From the NCBI GenBank assembly GCA_052426225.1, contig JBNJNM010000021.1, positions 1,984,001 through 2,048,000 on the forward strand: a stretch of DNA of 64,000 nt, given 5' to 3'. Below are positions 50,843 to 63,500 of this stretch, one piece after another. A program made the position numbers and the translations under genes. The notes below the pieces were generated by a model, which saw only the letters and a list, made by a program, of their open reading frames with translations, had not been told where the DNA came from and ran no database searches. Each line of letters opens with the position of its first letter. Position 1 is the stretch's first letter. This stretch comes from Zancudomyces culisetae HAW-14-8 (taxonomy: Eukaryota > Fungi > Kickxellomycota).

Positions 50843-52278
50843 ATGTCCAGCAAATCGAAGGGAAAGGCAAATGATGGTAAGGATAATTTGGGAATTTGGC
50901 AGATATGGCTTTAAATTTTCTAAATTCGAGAAATAACTGCAAGTATTGTAAGAAAAGTAAAGAAAGGAGCAGATACTGATGAAAGTATTATGGTAAATAG
51001 ATGTGGGAATGGTTCTGGAATATATGAAAAAGATCAATAGACCGATAAATCTAAGTAAATATAAATACTCTTTAGTTAAAGGAATAATAAGAAAGAAAGG
51101 AATGAATGTGTTTAATTATGTTTAAAAATATGAATTGTTTTTTAAAGAAAGGGCAGTTAGTGTATATAGGAAGTAAAATTAGAGATAGAATAGAGGTATA
51201 TAAAAGTGAGTGTTCTGAATAAATAGATGATTTGGTGAATAATATGCAGGGCAAGTTGGGAAAAAGCGGGATACAAAAGGCACTTGTAACTTTGGTAAAG
51301 GACGAAGAGGTAGTAGAGAAGATGTATGGGAAACAAAGTATATTTTGTGTTGATCAGGCAAGTCGACGATAATATCTTTTTATTTAAAAGTAAAAAAAAG
51401 TGAAAGTGTATACAGGAAAGAAAAGAAAAGGAAAGGAAAGGAAAGGAAAGGAAAGGAAAGGAAAGGAAAAGGAAAGGAAAAGGAAAAGCTAATTTAAGAG
51501 TATATGAAAATAGGAGAAAATTGAAGTTCCAGGGATAGAAATTGCGGAGGAGCAGGAGCAAGAGATAGTGGAACTTGAAGAAAAGATAAAAATAATAAAG
51601 GGCGAAATATCGGGCAAAGCTGGAAGTAAGTGTGATGATAATAGTGTAGAATATGAGGACGAGGGGAGGGGAAGAGAGAATAATATATTTGCAAAAAAGA
51701 TACGGAATAAAGTAAAATAAAATAAATGAAATAAAACGTAGAGCTACAGGGAATCAAAAAAGTCAGAACAGTCCCAGAGATTAATGAACGAATTGCATAT
51801 CTAAAGCAACAGGTAAATACAAGTCTAGTGTTTGGTACATTTTCATTTTAAATAAAAACTGGAGGCGAGGTTTTAGAATAGAGAAAAGAATAAAAAGCAA
51901 TAATGTAATGTATGTATGTGTATAATGTTTGTGGTGGTGGTAATGAATAGAATGAGATGAATAGAGAGAGGATAGAAAAGCTAAACAAGGGGGAAATAAT
52001 AACAGATGAGGAAAAGAAAAAGATTAATGAGGAATATGAAGCAATGAACAAGGCGAAGAACCAAAGAAAAAGAATGTTTAAAAACATGTTTGATTTGATT
52101 GCAGAAAATTACCCAGGCAAGCCGCAAAAACTAAAGGTAAAAAATTGAGGGATTTTATTCAATACAAGAGAAATTATTACAAGATAAAAACAAAAGTCAA
52201 AGCTTTTTAATAAATTATAAATTAAAAATAAAAAATAAAAAATAGGAGGAAATGGGGATAGAAGAGGTAGAGGAGTAA
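50843..52278 (+). CDS. HOP2: Meiotic recombination protein Hop2 (TBPIP/PSMC3IP); exons 50843-50876, 51001-51054, 51227-51357, 51514-51625, 51742-51812, 51951-52136, 52246-52278
   Basis: VLEYMKKINRP, IQKALVTL..EKMYGKQSIF, coiled coil, RKRMFKNMFDLIAE..EEMGIE; exons sum to 621 nt in frame; intron 3 is GC-AG. Confidence 0.88.
51419..51487 (+). repeat. (GAAAG)n purine pentanucleotide microsatellite in HOP2 intron 3
   Basis: gaaaggaaaggaaag... array. Confidence 0.9.
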
Positions 52279-55200
52279 TTAGAGAGGAGAGGTATGAACC
52301 ACATCGCCAGAGACAGAAAAGACGGCGTAAGCGGAGGAGGTGGTGGTTGGGAGGATGGAGCAGGAGTCGATAGACATGGCAACGAGGGCATTTCCATTGA
52401 GGGCCATGACGTGGGAGCGCAGAATTGCAGAGTGGGATTCATTAACAAAGGAATGGACAAAGTCGGGTAGAGACAAGTAGTCGGACTCTTTGATGAAGTG
52501 GAGGGAAAGACGGCCGATGAACTGAGAGATTTGGTGGCCAGGAAGACAGTTAAGAGAAGTTAGATAGATTTTGTCTTTATTGATGGAGTTTTGTTTGGAT
52601 AAAATTTTGGATTTTGAATTAGGTTTTTTGGGTTTTTGGCTGGGATTTAAACTGGATTTGAATTTGTAGTTTGGATGCGAGTTGGAAAAGGAGACAGTGG
52701 TGGCAGAAAGAAGAAGTTGGACAGAGTCATAAGAGGAAGAAGTAGTGAAGGAGTTGTCGAGGCGCAAGTTGGGCAAGATGGAGTAGGAGATTCCGCAGAT
52801 GGATTGAGGGATGGATTGGGAGGAAAAAACAATGTTAGCAAAGATTTCCTTGATGGACAAATCCAAAAAGTTTAGATCGGAGGAAAACGAAGAGGAGAGG
52901 GAGGAGGGGGAAGAGGAGGAAGAGGAGGAGCAGGAAAATGAAGGAGAGGAAGAGAAGATTGAGGTTGGGATTTGTTTGAGAAGAGTAATGTTTTGGATTT
53001 CCAATTGATTGTTACTGCTTGAAGTAGATGGAGAATAGGTAGATGGAAGTAGAGTGTTGGACAGCGAAAACTGGTTGTTGAAGAAGGGTAGCATGTCAAA
53101 CAGCGACAGTAGCTGTTGCAAATCCGACAAGTCTTCTAGCTGGATGGTGCCGTCCATACCACCGCTGAGGTTGAGTGGGGCATTCGATGGTGTTGTGCAA
53201 GTATCTACCAGTGGTTTCAGGATGCTCAAGTTGTGAGAGAGATTTGAAACAAACGAGTTGTCTAGATTATTTTGAGAAGTCATTTGTTGTTGTTGTTGTT
53301 GTTGTTGTTGTTGCTGCTGTTGCTGTGAAAAGTTTTGAAGGTTATCGATATTCAAAAGTTTGGGAGTAGGAAGTGAGGGAATAAAAATGGCAGTTCCAGT
53401 GACACAAGCCAGAATAGTGATGGATTCTTGAGGTTTACTCTTATTTTTATTCTTAGACTTTTGCTTTGATTTGCCAATACCAGTACCAATACCAGTACCA
53501 GTACCAGTAGTGGTAGCGGTAGCGATAGTATTAATAATATTAGTAGTATTAGTGGTAGTATTATTATTAGTAGTATTAATATTAGTGGTGTTATTAATAT
53601 TAGTAGTATTAGTAGGAATCTCCTTTGCTTTCAAGTTTAATAATGGGTCATTGGGAGTAGTAGAAGAAAAAGTTTTGGATTTGTTCAAGGGTTTCAGATC
53701 AGAATTTGGTTTAAGTCCTGGCTTTATAGGCTGTGATTTAAAATATGATTTCTTTTGAGTGGTACCAGGTTGAGTATCAGATGCGAGTGGCGTATTTGCA
53801 CCATAAAATGAAGAAGTTGTGGAAGAAGTTGGCTGAGGATACTTATGTTGATTTTGATTCTGATTCTGATTCTGATTCTGACTCTGCTGGTGATCTGGAG
53901 AGTTTTTCAACACTGTAATGTTGTATTTAAGACCAAATACCGCGTTCATCTGGTACAACCGAAGTTTATGGAGTAATTGACAGTGTAGATCGTACTCAAT
54001 AAACGGCAACGAATCGCTGAGAAATGAAGCAATGGTTTCGGGATCCAAGTCATCGCTATCATTGTCAGTATCGGATGACGATGACGACGAGTACGAAAAT
54101 GACGACGACGATGATGATGAATTGTTGCGGCTTCTGTAGTATGTAGTGTGTGGTGCTCTTTTGGACTTTCGTTTCTTTTTCTTCATTCCCGTAGATGCCA
54201 ATGAAGTAAGTCTAGTCAAATTGAGCAGTTTACTAAACTGGTTGAATGTACTGCTAGTTTGGTTTATTGGCGTTGGTTTCGAAGTAGTTGGTTTATATTT
54301 AACATTACCACTTCCTTCATCGTTAATATTGGCATTGGCGCTGGAATTGACATTGGCATTGGCATTGGCATTGACATTGAAGTTGACATTCGAGTTTATA
54401 TCTTCTTTGTCCGTAGCAAGAGTTGCATCGGCAAAATTAATCGCATTGTTGCCCAAACTCGTACTATTGATACTTTCGTTAATGTTGTAGTTACTGTTTT
54501 CTGTCCCCAGTGTCTTGTAGACTTGGGCGTTGATAAGCATGGTTTGCTGTTGAGGATGTTGTTTTGATAATTTTGGATGTGATTCTGGAGTCCTTTCGAG
54601 AGCTTGTAATAGTTCGTCAGGTATTTCCATGGTTGTTAAAAGAATTTGGGGAACAGTTGTATCACTGTCGCAAGTATTGCAATTATTAATGGCTGATGGT
54701 GAGGTGTTTCTATTTTTGTTGTTGATATCATTATCCTTTCCAACATTGTTGAAATTATTATTATTATTATTATCATCATTGCCAGTGCTTGTGTTAGCAT
54801 CATTGGTTGTATTTGGATTTGTATTTGGGTTTTCAATAGTTGGATCATCATGAATAGAAGCATCCAGAGGTAAATTATTGGTTGTTACTACATTTGCTTT
54901 GACAGATTTTTTCCTTTGGTTGCTAGAATTATCAAGACCACCAAGATCTGAACAATCAGAAACTGAATGAAAGGCTCGACAAATCGAGTTCATACCAAAC
55001 CCAGGATTGCTACTACCGAGATAGCCAGCTCTATCACCAACATCCGACAAAGCGTGACCACTTGCAGAAAGCAATGATTGAATGGGTGGAGGAGACAAGA
55101 TGACGGCAGTGCCATATACAGTAAGCACGGCTACATTGTCGCAAATGGCCATGGATTCGGAATACCCAACGACATGTGTGCAGCCCATGGTGGTTGCGTG

Positions 55201-57057
55201 TGAACGGATTTCGGTGCGCAGTTCATTCCACCACATCTCGCGAGACTGGTACGAGTCATACTCAATGAGTTTGACAGAGTGTGCGAGTACTGCACCACCG
55301 ATTTTGGAAATTTCATACGATAGTGTGGAATGTGTTGTGGTGGTGTGTGGGTGGTGGTGTAGTTTTAGTGGAAATTTGGTGAGTGTTAGAATATCTACAG
55401 TTCCATAGTCCAACCGATAGTCACGCTGTTGTGGATAGTTTTTACTTGTTTCGCTAGCTGTTTCCAAGTTTGTGGCGTCTAGTTCATTTGCAACATTCTT
55501 TGCCAAGTATTCGTCGCCAGTTCCGCGATTACAAACATCTTCTGGATTAGATTGGTCGTAAGTATTCGCGCTAGTGTTTGCATTTATATTTATATTTGTA
55601 TTTGTATTGATATCATTTGTATTATTTGTATTTGTGTGTAATAAAGAATCAGTATTGTCACTTCCGGGGTGGGTAGTAGGTAGCGATGCAACAGGCAACC
55701 TAAAATTCTTGATAGCAGTACCAATGGCACGAGCAGTGATCGATTTAGTGGCCGTTTCAAAGTCAAAGAAGTGGCGGTAGCCAAAGATAACATTTGCACC
55801 ACGTTCGGCTGCCAATTTGCCCATTTTACGCCGCAGTTTACCGGCAAGCTGGAAGAGTAAACGTTGACGACTCAAATTGGATCCGCGAGCTGTACGGAAA
55901 TTGTCGCGCCAGTGGTATTCAGGATCTGCGGCCGTAAGAAGTATTGAAACCAAGGAACCGCATGAAGGAATGTCTGAAAATGAATTGGTGGTGGAAATTG
56001 TAGTGTCAGCAGTAGAAATTTGTGTAGGATTTGGATTAGTGTTAGTGTTAGGGTTGGAATTAGGTTCGGGATTAGATATTGAAATAGAAGTAGAAGTAGG
56101 AGTGAGGGTAGGCATAGGAGTGGGAGTGGGAATGGAAGCAGAAACAGGAGCAGAAATAAAACCAGAAAGTGTGGAAAAGTTTGACATTGATGTTGGTGTG
56201 ACAGTAGATGAAAATATTTGAATTTTATTACTGGCTTCGGCTACAGGATTGATGTTTTCAAAAAAAATCAACTTGATTGAAAGATAGATTTCACCGCGCA
56301 GTCCAGCTATTACGTCGTAAATCGGAAACCATCCTGCCATTAGCTTGGTGGCGCTGGTGCCAACCGGGCTGGACGGTTGGGCTGCTCTAGATGCAGATGT
56401 AGGTGCTGATGCAGCAGCATTGGTTGCAGCAGTGGTAGTAGCAGTGGTAGTAGCCATTTGTGTATTATCAGGATCTTGAGAATCGGCATTTGTATTTTCA
56501 AATGTTGTAAGATTGAATTGAGTAGTGGTAGTGGTTGTAGTAGTGGTAGTATTATCAATGGCAGCAAGAATGCTAGTATCAGTATCAGTACCAGTACCAG
56601 TACCAGTGTTATTATTATTATTATTAGTAGTAGTAGTAGCGTTTGTGGTAATGTTAGTACTTTGTTGACAAGAACTCGATGGAATGTCATGGGATTGTGT
56701 TTGCCTTTGATTTCGCTTTTGGTTTCGTGAACGAGTGCCAAGATCATATTGGGGAGGAACAGCGAGCATAGCGTTGAGATCGACAAAGGTAGAGCCAATA
56801 ATGTCGTCGGCAGTGATCGAGTCGTGGTCCACAACCCGGAATTCAAGGGGCTCATTGTGGAGCGAGGCATCGTTGCCGATTTCGAGTCGGAACGATTGGT
56901 TCCACACGGGATTGAGTGACCGCCACACAGTGTCTGTACGCAAAACATCGCAGTCGGCAAACCGGACCTCAACATACGCATCTGCGGACAAGGTTTTGCG
57001 ATCCATTTTGGGGAGATTGCGGGCGCGGAGTACTTTGATTTTCAGTGTGGTAGGCAT
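52279..57057 (-). CDS. C2CD5/CDP138-like protein (N-terminal C2 domain plus YbjQ-like domains) with long low-complexity insertions
   Basis: C2: LKIKVLRARNLPKMDR..DAYVEVRF..SLNPVWN..VDHDSITADDIIG; GWFPIYD..GLRGEI; DPEYHWRDNFRTARGSN..RQ; REMWWNELRTEIRSHA; LPFIEYDLHCQLLHKL. Confidence 0.88.
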   Translation of the reverse strand: MPTTLKIKVLRARNLPKMDRKTLSADAYVEVRFADCDVLRTDTVWRSLNPVWNQSFRLEIGNDASLHNEPLEFRVVDHDSITADDIIGSTFVDLNAMLAVPPQYDLGTRSRNQKRNQRQTQSHDIPSSSCQQSTNITTNATTTTNNNNNNTGTGTGTDTDTSILAAIDNTTTTTTTTTTQFNLTTFENTNADSQDPDNTQMATTTATTTAATNAAASAPTSASRAAQPSSPVGTSATKLMAGWFPIYDVIAGLRGEIYLSIKLIFFENINPVAEASNKIQIFSSTVTPTSMSNFSTLSGFISAPVSASIPTPTPMPTLTPTSTSISISNPEPNSNPNTNTNPNPTQISTADTTISTTNSFSDIPSCGSLVSILLTAADPEYHWRDNFRTARGSNLSRQRLLFQLAGKLRRKMGKLAAERGANVIFGYRHFFDFETATKSITARAIGTAIKNFRLPVASLPTTHPGSDNTDSLLHTNTNNTNDINTNTNININANTSANTYDQSNPEDVCNRGTGDEYLAKNVANELDATNLETASETSKNYPQQRDYRLDYGTVDILTLTKFPLKLHHHPHTTTTHSTLSYEISKIGGAVLAHSVKLIEYDSYQSREMWWNELRTEIRSHATTMGCTHVVGYSESMAICDNVAVLTVYGTAVILSPPPIQSLLSASGHALSDVGDRAGYLGSSNPGFGMNSICRAFHSVSDCSDLGGLDNSSNQRKKSVKANVVTTNNLPLDASIHDDPTIENPNTNPNTTNDANTSTGNDDNNNNNNFNNVGKDNDINNKNRNTSPSAINNCNTCDSDTTVPQILLTTMEIPDELLQALERTPESHPKLSKQHPQQQTMLINAQVYKTLGTENSNYNINESINSTSLGNNAINFADATLATDKEDINSNVNFNVNANANANVNSSANANINDEGSGNVKYKPTTSKPTPINQTSSTFNQFSKLLNLTRLTSLASTGMKKKKRKSKRAPHTTYYRSRNNSSSSSSSFSYSSSSSSDTDNDSDDLDPETIASFLSDSLPFIEYDLHCQLLHKLRLYQMNAVFGLKYNITVLKNSPDHQQSQNQNQNQNQNQHKYPQPTSSTTSSFYGANTPLASDTQPGTTQKKSYFKSQPIKPGLKPNSDLKPLNKSKTFSSTTPNDPLLNLKAKEIPTNTTNINNTTNINTTNNNTTTNTTNIINTIATATTTGTGTGIGTGIGKSKQKSKNKNKSKPQESITILACVTGTAIFIPSLPTPKLLNIDNLQNFSQQQQQQQQQQQQQQMTSQNNLDNSFVSNLSHNLSILKPLVDTCTTPSNAPLNLSGGMDGTIQLEDLSDLQQLLSLFDMLPFFNNQFSLSNTLLPSTYSPSTSSSNNQLEIQNITLLKQIPTSIFSSSPSFSCSSSSSSSPSSLSSSFSSDLNFLDLSIKEIFANIVFSSQSIPQSICGISYSILPNLRLDNSFTTSSSYDSVQLLLSATTVSFSNSHPNYKFKSSLNPSQKPKKPNSKSKILSKQNSINKDKIYLTSLNCLPGHQISQFIGRLSLHFIKESDYLSLPDFVHSFVNESHSAILRSHVMALNGNALVAMSIDSCSILPTTTSSAYAVFSVSGDVVHTSPL

Positions 57058-57523
57058 GTTGTTTCTCTATATCTTTTTTTTTTTTATCGTTTCCTTTTGC
57101 TTTTTATTTTTTCCCACTTGATTGTTATTAGTTGTTGTTGTTGTTGTTGTTATAGTGGAATAATAATATACTTAATTATTTAATGGTGGAGGGAGAAGAG
57201 TAGAGAGTGTTTGATTTGAATACTTAATAGCTCATTTCGCCATATATTAAATTTATACAAAAAAATTGCAAAATTGTAATATTAGCAAAAAGAAAAAAAA
57301 TATATGAATAAATATTAATATACGATTTAATATTTATTTTCAGACTTTAAAAGAGAGCCAAAAAAATAATAAAAATAAAGTAAAAAACTATTTACAGAGT
57401 TTGACAAACAAATCAAAATTCAGAAATAGAACAAAATAAGCGATAATTGAAATTATATAAAAAAAAAAGGTAAAAATAAAAATAAAATAAAAAATTATAA
57501 AACATAATGAATTGGGAAAGAGT

Positions 57524-60500
57524 TTAGTGCGATTTAGGTTTTTTGGAGAAAGAGGAAGAAAGATCCAGGTCAGGAGAATAATCAGGATTGGAACGTTTCT
57601 TGGCCTTTGATTTCTTGAGCAACAGTTTGTGTTGTTTATGTTTGGCAAAGGCAGTAGGATTTTCCAATTTGAAAGCAGCGATTTTTGATTTTCTGGAAGA
57701 AGACTTGAGTTTGATTTGGAGAGAAGTTGAGTGAATAATGGAGTTGTATACAGGAGGCGTAAGGGTAGATTTGAAGGAATCGAGAAGTTCTACCAAGAAT
57801 TTGTAGCTGGCATCAAGATCAGCATCAGCACTATTGACATCGCCATCAGTATTAGCATTAGCACTGGTATTGGTATTGGTATTGGTATTGTTGTTGTTAT
57901 TAGATGAAGAGTATTTTTTCTTGGAAATAAGACCGAGATGTTGAGGAGTCTTTTGGGAAATGTGATGATCGAGGGAAAGGAACGATTTGTAAATAGGAGT
58001 GATTAGAGTATTGTTGAGGTCAGGAGTGGCAGGGTTGACAAAAGGAGAAAGAAGTTGGAACGAGTAGTACCTGAAGGAAATAGAAACAGGAGTTTTATAA
58101 AGTTCAGATAAAGAGAGCTTGATGAGTTTGTTGATATAAGAAAGGAAAGAAGGAGAATCAGTAGAATGATAGAGGGAGAGAAGAGAGGAGAGGAGGGTGT
58201 AGAGAGGAGTAATAATGTTGATGTTGTCATTGCTTTCGGCAAACGGAGAGGAAAGAGAAGCGTAGTGTTTGAGGGCATTGATTGATTTGATGGAAATGAA
58301 ATTGAGAGTATTGAGATTGTAGTAATAAAGAGGGGAGGAAGATATTGGTTGGTAGATAGCAAAATGTTTTGGATTTTGTGAAGAAAGAGTGGAAAGGTAA
58401 GAAAGGAATTGTTGGCTGGTAAATAGAGAATTGAATAAAGAAGTTGAGGTTGAGTTTGAGGTTGAGGTTGAGGTTGAGAGAGGTTTTAAAGGTGAGGAAT
58501 TAATTGGAGAGCGAGAATTGTATTGAAGTAAAAGAATGTTTGCAACAATAGTCTTGATGTGGATGTTGGGGAAATCCAAATGTAGAACTATGAGTTGGTC
58601 AAGTCGAGAAGAGTTTGTATTAGGAGATAGAGAAATGATACTGTGGATGATTTTGAGAGCAGTTAGAGAGTATACTGACCAAAATTCGAGAGAGATAAAA
58701 GGATGCAAGAGAGGATTAGCAGTAGCAGTAGCAGTAGCAGTAGCAGTAGTATTGTTGGTATTGGTGGTATTATCGAGATCAAAATCAAAATCAATATTGT
58801 TGTTGTTATCGTTATTGGCGTTACTGTTATTAAGAGTGTGTTCGTAGAGGATAAAAATCGAGACAGAAAGAATGTCAGTTAGGAGGTTGAGAATATATTC
58901 AAGATATTCTTGGTTATTAGGAATGTTGTTGACAAAGATAGAAAATAGGTTTGGAGAAAGCAAAACGTTGAACGATTTCAGAGCGACCAGGAGGAATTTA
59001 AGGTCGTTTTGGATGTTGTGGTTTGAGGGAGCAGTAAAGTTGGAGGACGACCACAACTTGAGGAGTTCAAAGCAGTGAGCAAAGGCCGAGTTTTGATCTT
59101 GTTTTTTAAGCAGCACATTGTTGTAGAAATAAGAAAGAGTGTTTGTAGGAATTGCGGCAGAATCAGTTAGTGACACATTTAGAGATACAAACAGGACAGA
59201 GCAGATATCGTTATTGGCAAGAATTGATGAAGGTAACAGTTTGATTAGTTGGTCAAGTAATGACAGAGACGACAGTCGGCCTGCTGAGAGCGAATAATCA
59301 ATGAGGTTTTGGCATAGGAAGGATAAGTGGTGGGCAATAAAGTCGGCGTGGGAAAGTAAATTGGAATGATAGAAAAACAGAGTCAAGTAAGAAATGTAGA
59401 TAGATTGACATTTGGCACGGAATGAGGCATTGTGGTTGGCTATACAATTGGGTTTGACAAAATCATTGATGATAAGGTTTGCTTTGGCTAATAAAGGTTT
59501 GTATTTAGACTGTTGTTGTTTTTGTTGTTGTTGTTGTTGTTGTGATGATGAAGCAATAATTGCAAGAATGGCATTAAACAAATTAAGATTGATAGATAAA
59601 AACTCGACATTTACATTAGTCGTACTAATCGTCGAATTATTCATTATTATAAAGTCTAGCAGGAAATCCAGTGATGCTACATTAAGCATTGACGATGTCA
59701 ACAATATGTTTGTAAGCAGTCTGAGAATCGAAAAATTCGTTTGATTGGTTGCTGAATTCTTGAATGTCTTGAGTAACTGAATACATCGCTTCACTATCAC
59801 TGTGATATACTTGTTTGTTGTATCTTGTTTAATACACTTGTTGAAAAAGCTCGTCGATAGCAGTTTGAGTGATTGGTTGATAACATTGTCGAATTTGCTA
59901 AACAGACAGTTGCCCACTATCTCTAGTCGCTGGATTCCTTTTTCGGTGGTTACATTGTCCATAAAATCATGAGACATCAATATGTTCAATCCAAACTCGG
60001 CTAATAGATGTAGCTGGTCGTTGTTGTAGTTTTTAAAGATTAGTGAATATACGAATCCACCAACTGTAGAATTTATATCTACTACATTATCTACTACATT
60101 ATCATTATTATTATTATTATTATCGGTATTCATATCGACATCAACATCAACATTAGTAATAGTGTTGGTGTTGGCCAACTTGGAGGTGATTCCAACTGTC
60201 AAATGAGTCAAGACCTTTTCAATAGTAATAGTAGTATTTCTTCTTGAAGACAACAAAAACTCGTGCAAGACAGGCAACAAGTTGTTGAACACAAGGCGTA
60301 AATCACAATGTAATGGCAAGTACTCAAATGTAGATAGGAGTTTAGGATAGTGGAAAACGTTTGTGGTGAGGATTGGAGTCAAATGGTCAAAACAATAGTC
60401 CAAATCGCCAGTGTTGGGTTTCAGGTAGAACAGGAGTTTGCTGACTAGATATATAAACTCGTGTTTTTGTTGGCTTCTCTTGGCCGAATCCAGATTTGTT

Positions 60501-63500
60501 TGCAGGTTGGAAATTAAAAACCATAGATATTTCGGACCCAAAAATGCTGAGATTTTGTATAATGGCTGTCTCAGCTGTTTGATTACTGATTTTTCGCGAA
60601 TGTACGTCTTGAATAGTGATGAATACTGCATCAAGAATTTGCCTAATTCCAAATCGCTATCTTTTCCATTAACAGAAAATGTTACCGAGGTTTGGATAAC
60701 TACATAGTAGTAACAGAATGGAATTTTGTTTGGTTCGGTTACTTGAATTCCATTTTTGCTAAATATCAGTTGGTTAATTTTCCGCAAAATCACATGGTGT
60801 GAATTTACAATTGCCCTTTCTTTCTCCTTACTAGTCTCGTTTTGAATTTCCCGGTTAGAATTGGGTGTATAATTATCCAAAACCTTGTATACCAAGCGCA
60901 AAAAGGTACCGTTATTGACATTGTTGGGCAGTGCCAGTTGGAATAAGAGAGAAGTAACAAGACGAAGATAGGCAGAGAATGTCAAAGTAGTTGAAATGAG
61001 ATCAAGATTCTTGATTAGTTCGTTGGTTAAATCGACATTGTTGCTAGTAAACAACAGAGCCTGATGCAAAGGAATGAAAACAGTCTGCAGTACTGAATCG
61101 ACATTGTTGTTTGGAGAAAGAAGAGAATTGAATTTGGACAAGGCTCTGATTTTTCGGTAATGTTGGATATGAATGATATTCTCGAAATAATACTCGACGT
61201 CGGTATCTGAGCTTCCAAAGTATTCATAAATTCTTTTGATTTGTTCAATCTGTCGATATTGTTCATTCAAAACTAAACTCTTTACAATTTTGACAAATTC
61301 GTTTCTAACAACACTGCTTTTGTTACTTATTCCACTGCTAAATACAATCTTGCTCAAAAAGTACTTGGCAACAAATTCCACGTCCAATCGATTCGTTTCT
61401 ATAAACTTTGTAACTATCAAATGTCCAGCATTCGTTTTAAACATTGAATTGTCTCCCAAATCCACTTTTATGTCCAGTTTGCCTCCTCCTCCTCCTGCTC
61501 CTCCTCCAATCATATTACTCTCGTCATCAACCCTTTCATACGCCAACATATACACCAACGTATAAAACACTGGAACCAACGTCTCTGTAATACCATCGGC
61601 AACACTCATGACGTCTTCAAAGCCTGCTGCACGTTGTTCATAATCCAACATTACCCGCTTACCCTTTATGATCACCGCATTAAGTTTGGTTAGCAAATCA
61701 ATAGTGACTTTGTGGTCTGGATTCAGTAACGCATATATTTTAACCAGCGTCATACGGTCCTGCTTGTTCTGAAGCAAACTAAACATATCCTCAGCCAGTT
61801 TGTTTGCTTGATCGCGTAAATACAGATCAGCTGCCACAAATCCTGCGACATTGACATAGTAGTTGTAGATACAAAACACCAACTCAATGGCTTCTGAACT
61901 CATTTTTTCGGCATGAGTTACTCGGATCACCAGCTCCAAACCCGTGTTTATCGCGTCCAAATCTATCACTGCCAAATTCGTCTCAATACTATATCTAACT
62001 ACCATCGTCATCAGCCGAATCAATCGCTGCGCCATCGCATTTGTACTTAGGTTTTTAGCCTGAATTGCCGTAATATATATGTTGATGTTTGCCAAAAGTG
62101 CATTGATGTTGTTGCTATCGAGATTATGCAGCATTAGCTCTGTAATGTTCACAACTATTTGTACTACTGCTGCATTGACCTTGACTCCACCAATCAGTGC
62201 AATCAGCTTGTTTACTACTGTTGTGTCTCCAATAAGCCAATATCTACTTTGCTTGTTGTTATCATCATCATCATTGTTAGTATTATTGCTTTCCAGGATT
62301 GGAATATCAATGTTTTCTATAATACTCTTTATCAATTCCAATAAACTAGATTCGTTTTGAGTATTTTCCAATTCAAATCTTGACATTTTTGGCATAATCA
62401 CTTTTTGTACAACACAATCTTTATATTGATCAGTTAATCTATTCTGCAATATCAATTCTGTAAATATCCGGTGTATCATTTTACTATTTTCTTTTTCTTT
62501 CTCCTTTCCGTACATTTGCACATCTCTTTCAATAATTTCAACCATAAACTCCATAATCATCTCTATCGTACTATCGTCCATTTTATTCCCTAGTTTTTCC
62601 ACCATTATATAAATATTCTTCAATTTACTCTCATCCTGTTTCTTGTTTCCTTCAACCATCAACTCTATCATCTTGCCTACATACACTCCCGCAAACTCTT
62701 CCATTCTCAAGATAAATCCTACTATTGCACTACGCTTGATCTTGGTATCGCTTTTGTTGGTCCGATTACCTTCTCGAGATACCAATCGACCAAACAATAT
62801 TCGACAAACAATCTCAACCACTATTTTTCCTCCATACTCTTTCTCGTCCTCCTCACTGTCTACTGCAATTTCTTTTGGCTGGTACTTTTGTAGCTCTTCT
62901 TTCATTGTCTTGATATCCAAAATTCGCTTCATCGATTCAGTTTGTGAACTTCCCAAATCATAATATTCCGTCAAGTACTCAAAACTTTTTTCTTGAACTT
63001 CTTTATCTCCATTACTCAACTTGTCCATTGCCAGTCTTCTTATCTCGACTTTCTTTATCTTTGCCAATCTAAACATTTCTATATACATGGCTATCCGCCG
63101 ATTGTTTCGCTCAACTGGCAAAAACTCTTGCTCGATTTCGCCCATATGTCCCTTGACCATTGGAATATTCTCTCTTAGCAAATCTATTACACTATCGATA
63201 ATCACATTTTCTTGCTTATCTCTTTCTTCTTTTTGTGTCTCTCCCATACTTTCTCTCCAGTTACTAGCATTCTTGTATACTTGTTGGAATTTATTTTCAT
63301 ATCCATCATTATACTCGTGGCCCTCCAAGTATTTTTTAATTTTTTTAACTTTTAGTTGTATATTCTCCACTTGTTGTTCTTGTTCCTCTTTTTCTCCTTT
63401 TTCTTTTACTTCTTTTTGTTCAACAACAACTTGATCCATATCTACATTCATATTTACATCTTCATCCTCATCTTCATTCATATCCATATCTATATCTATA

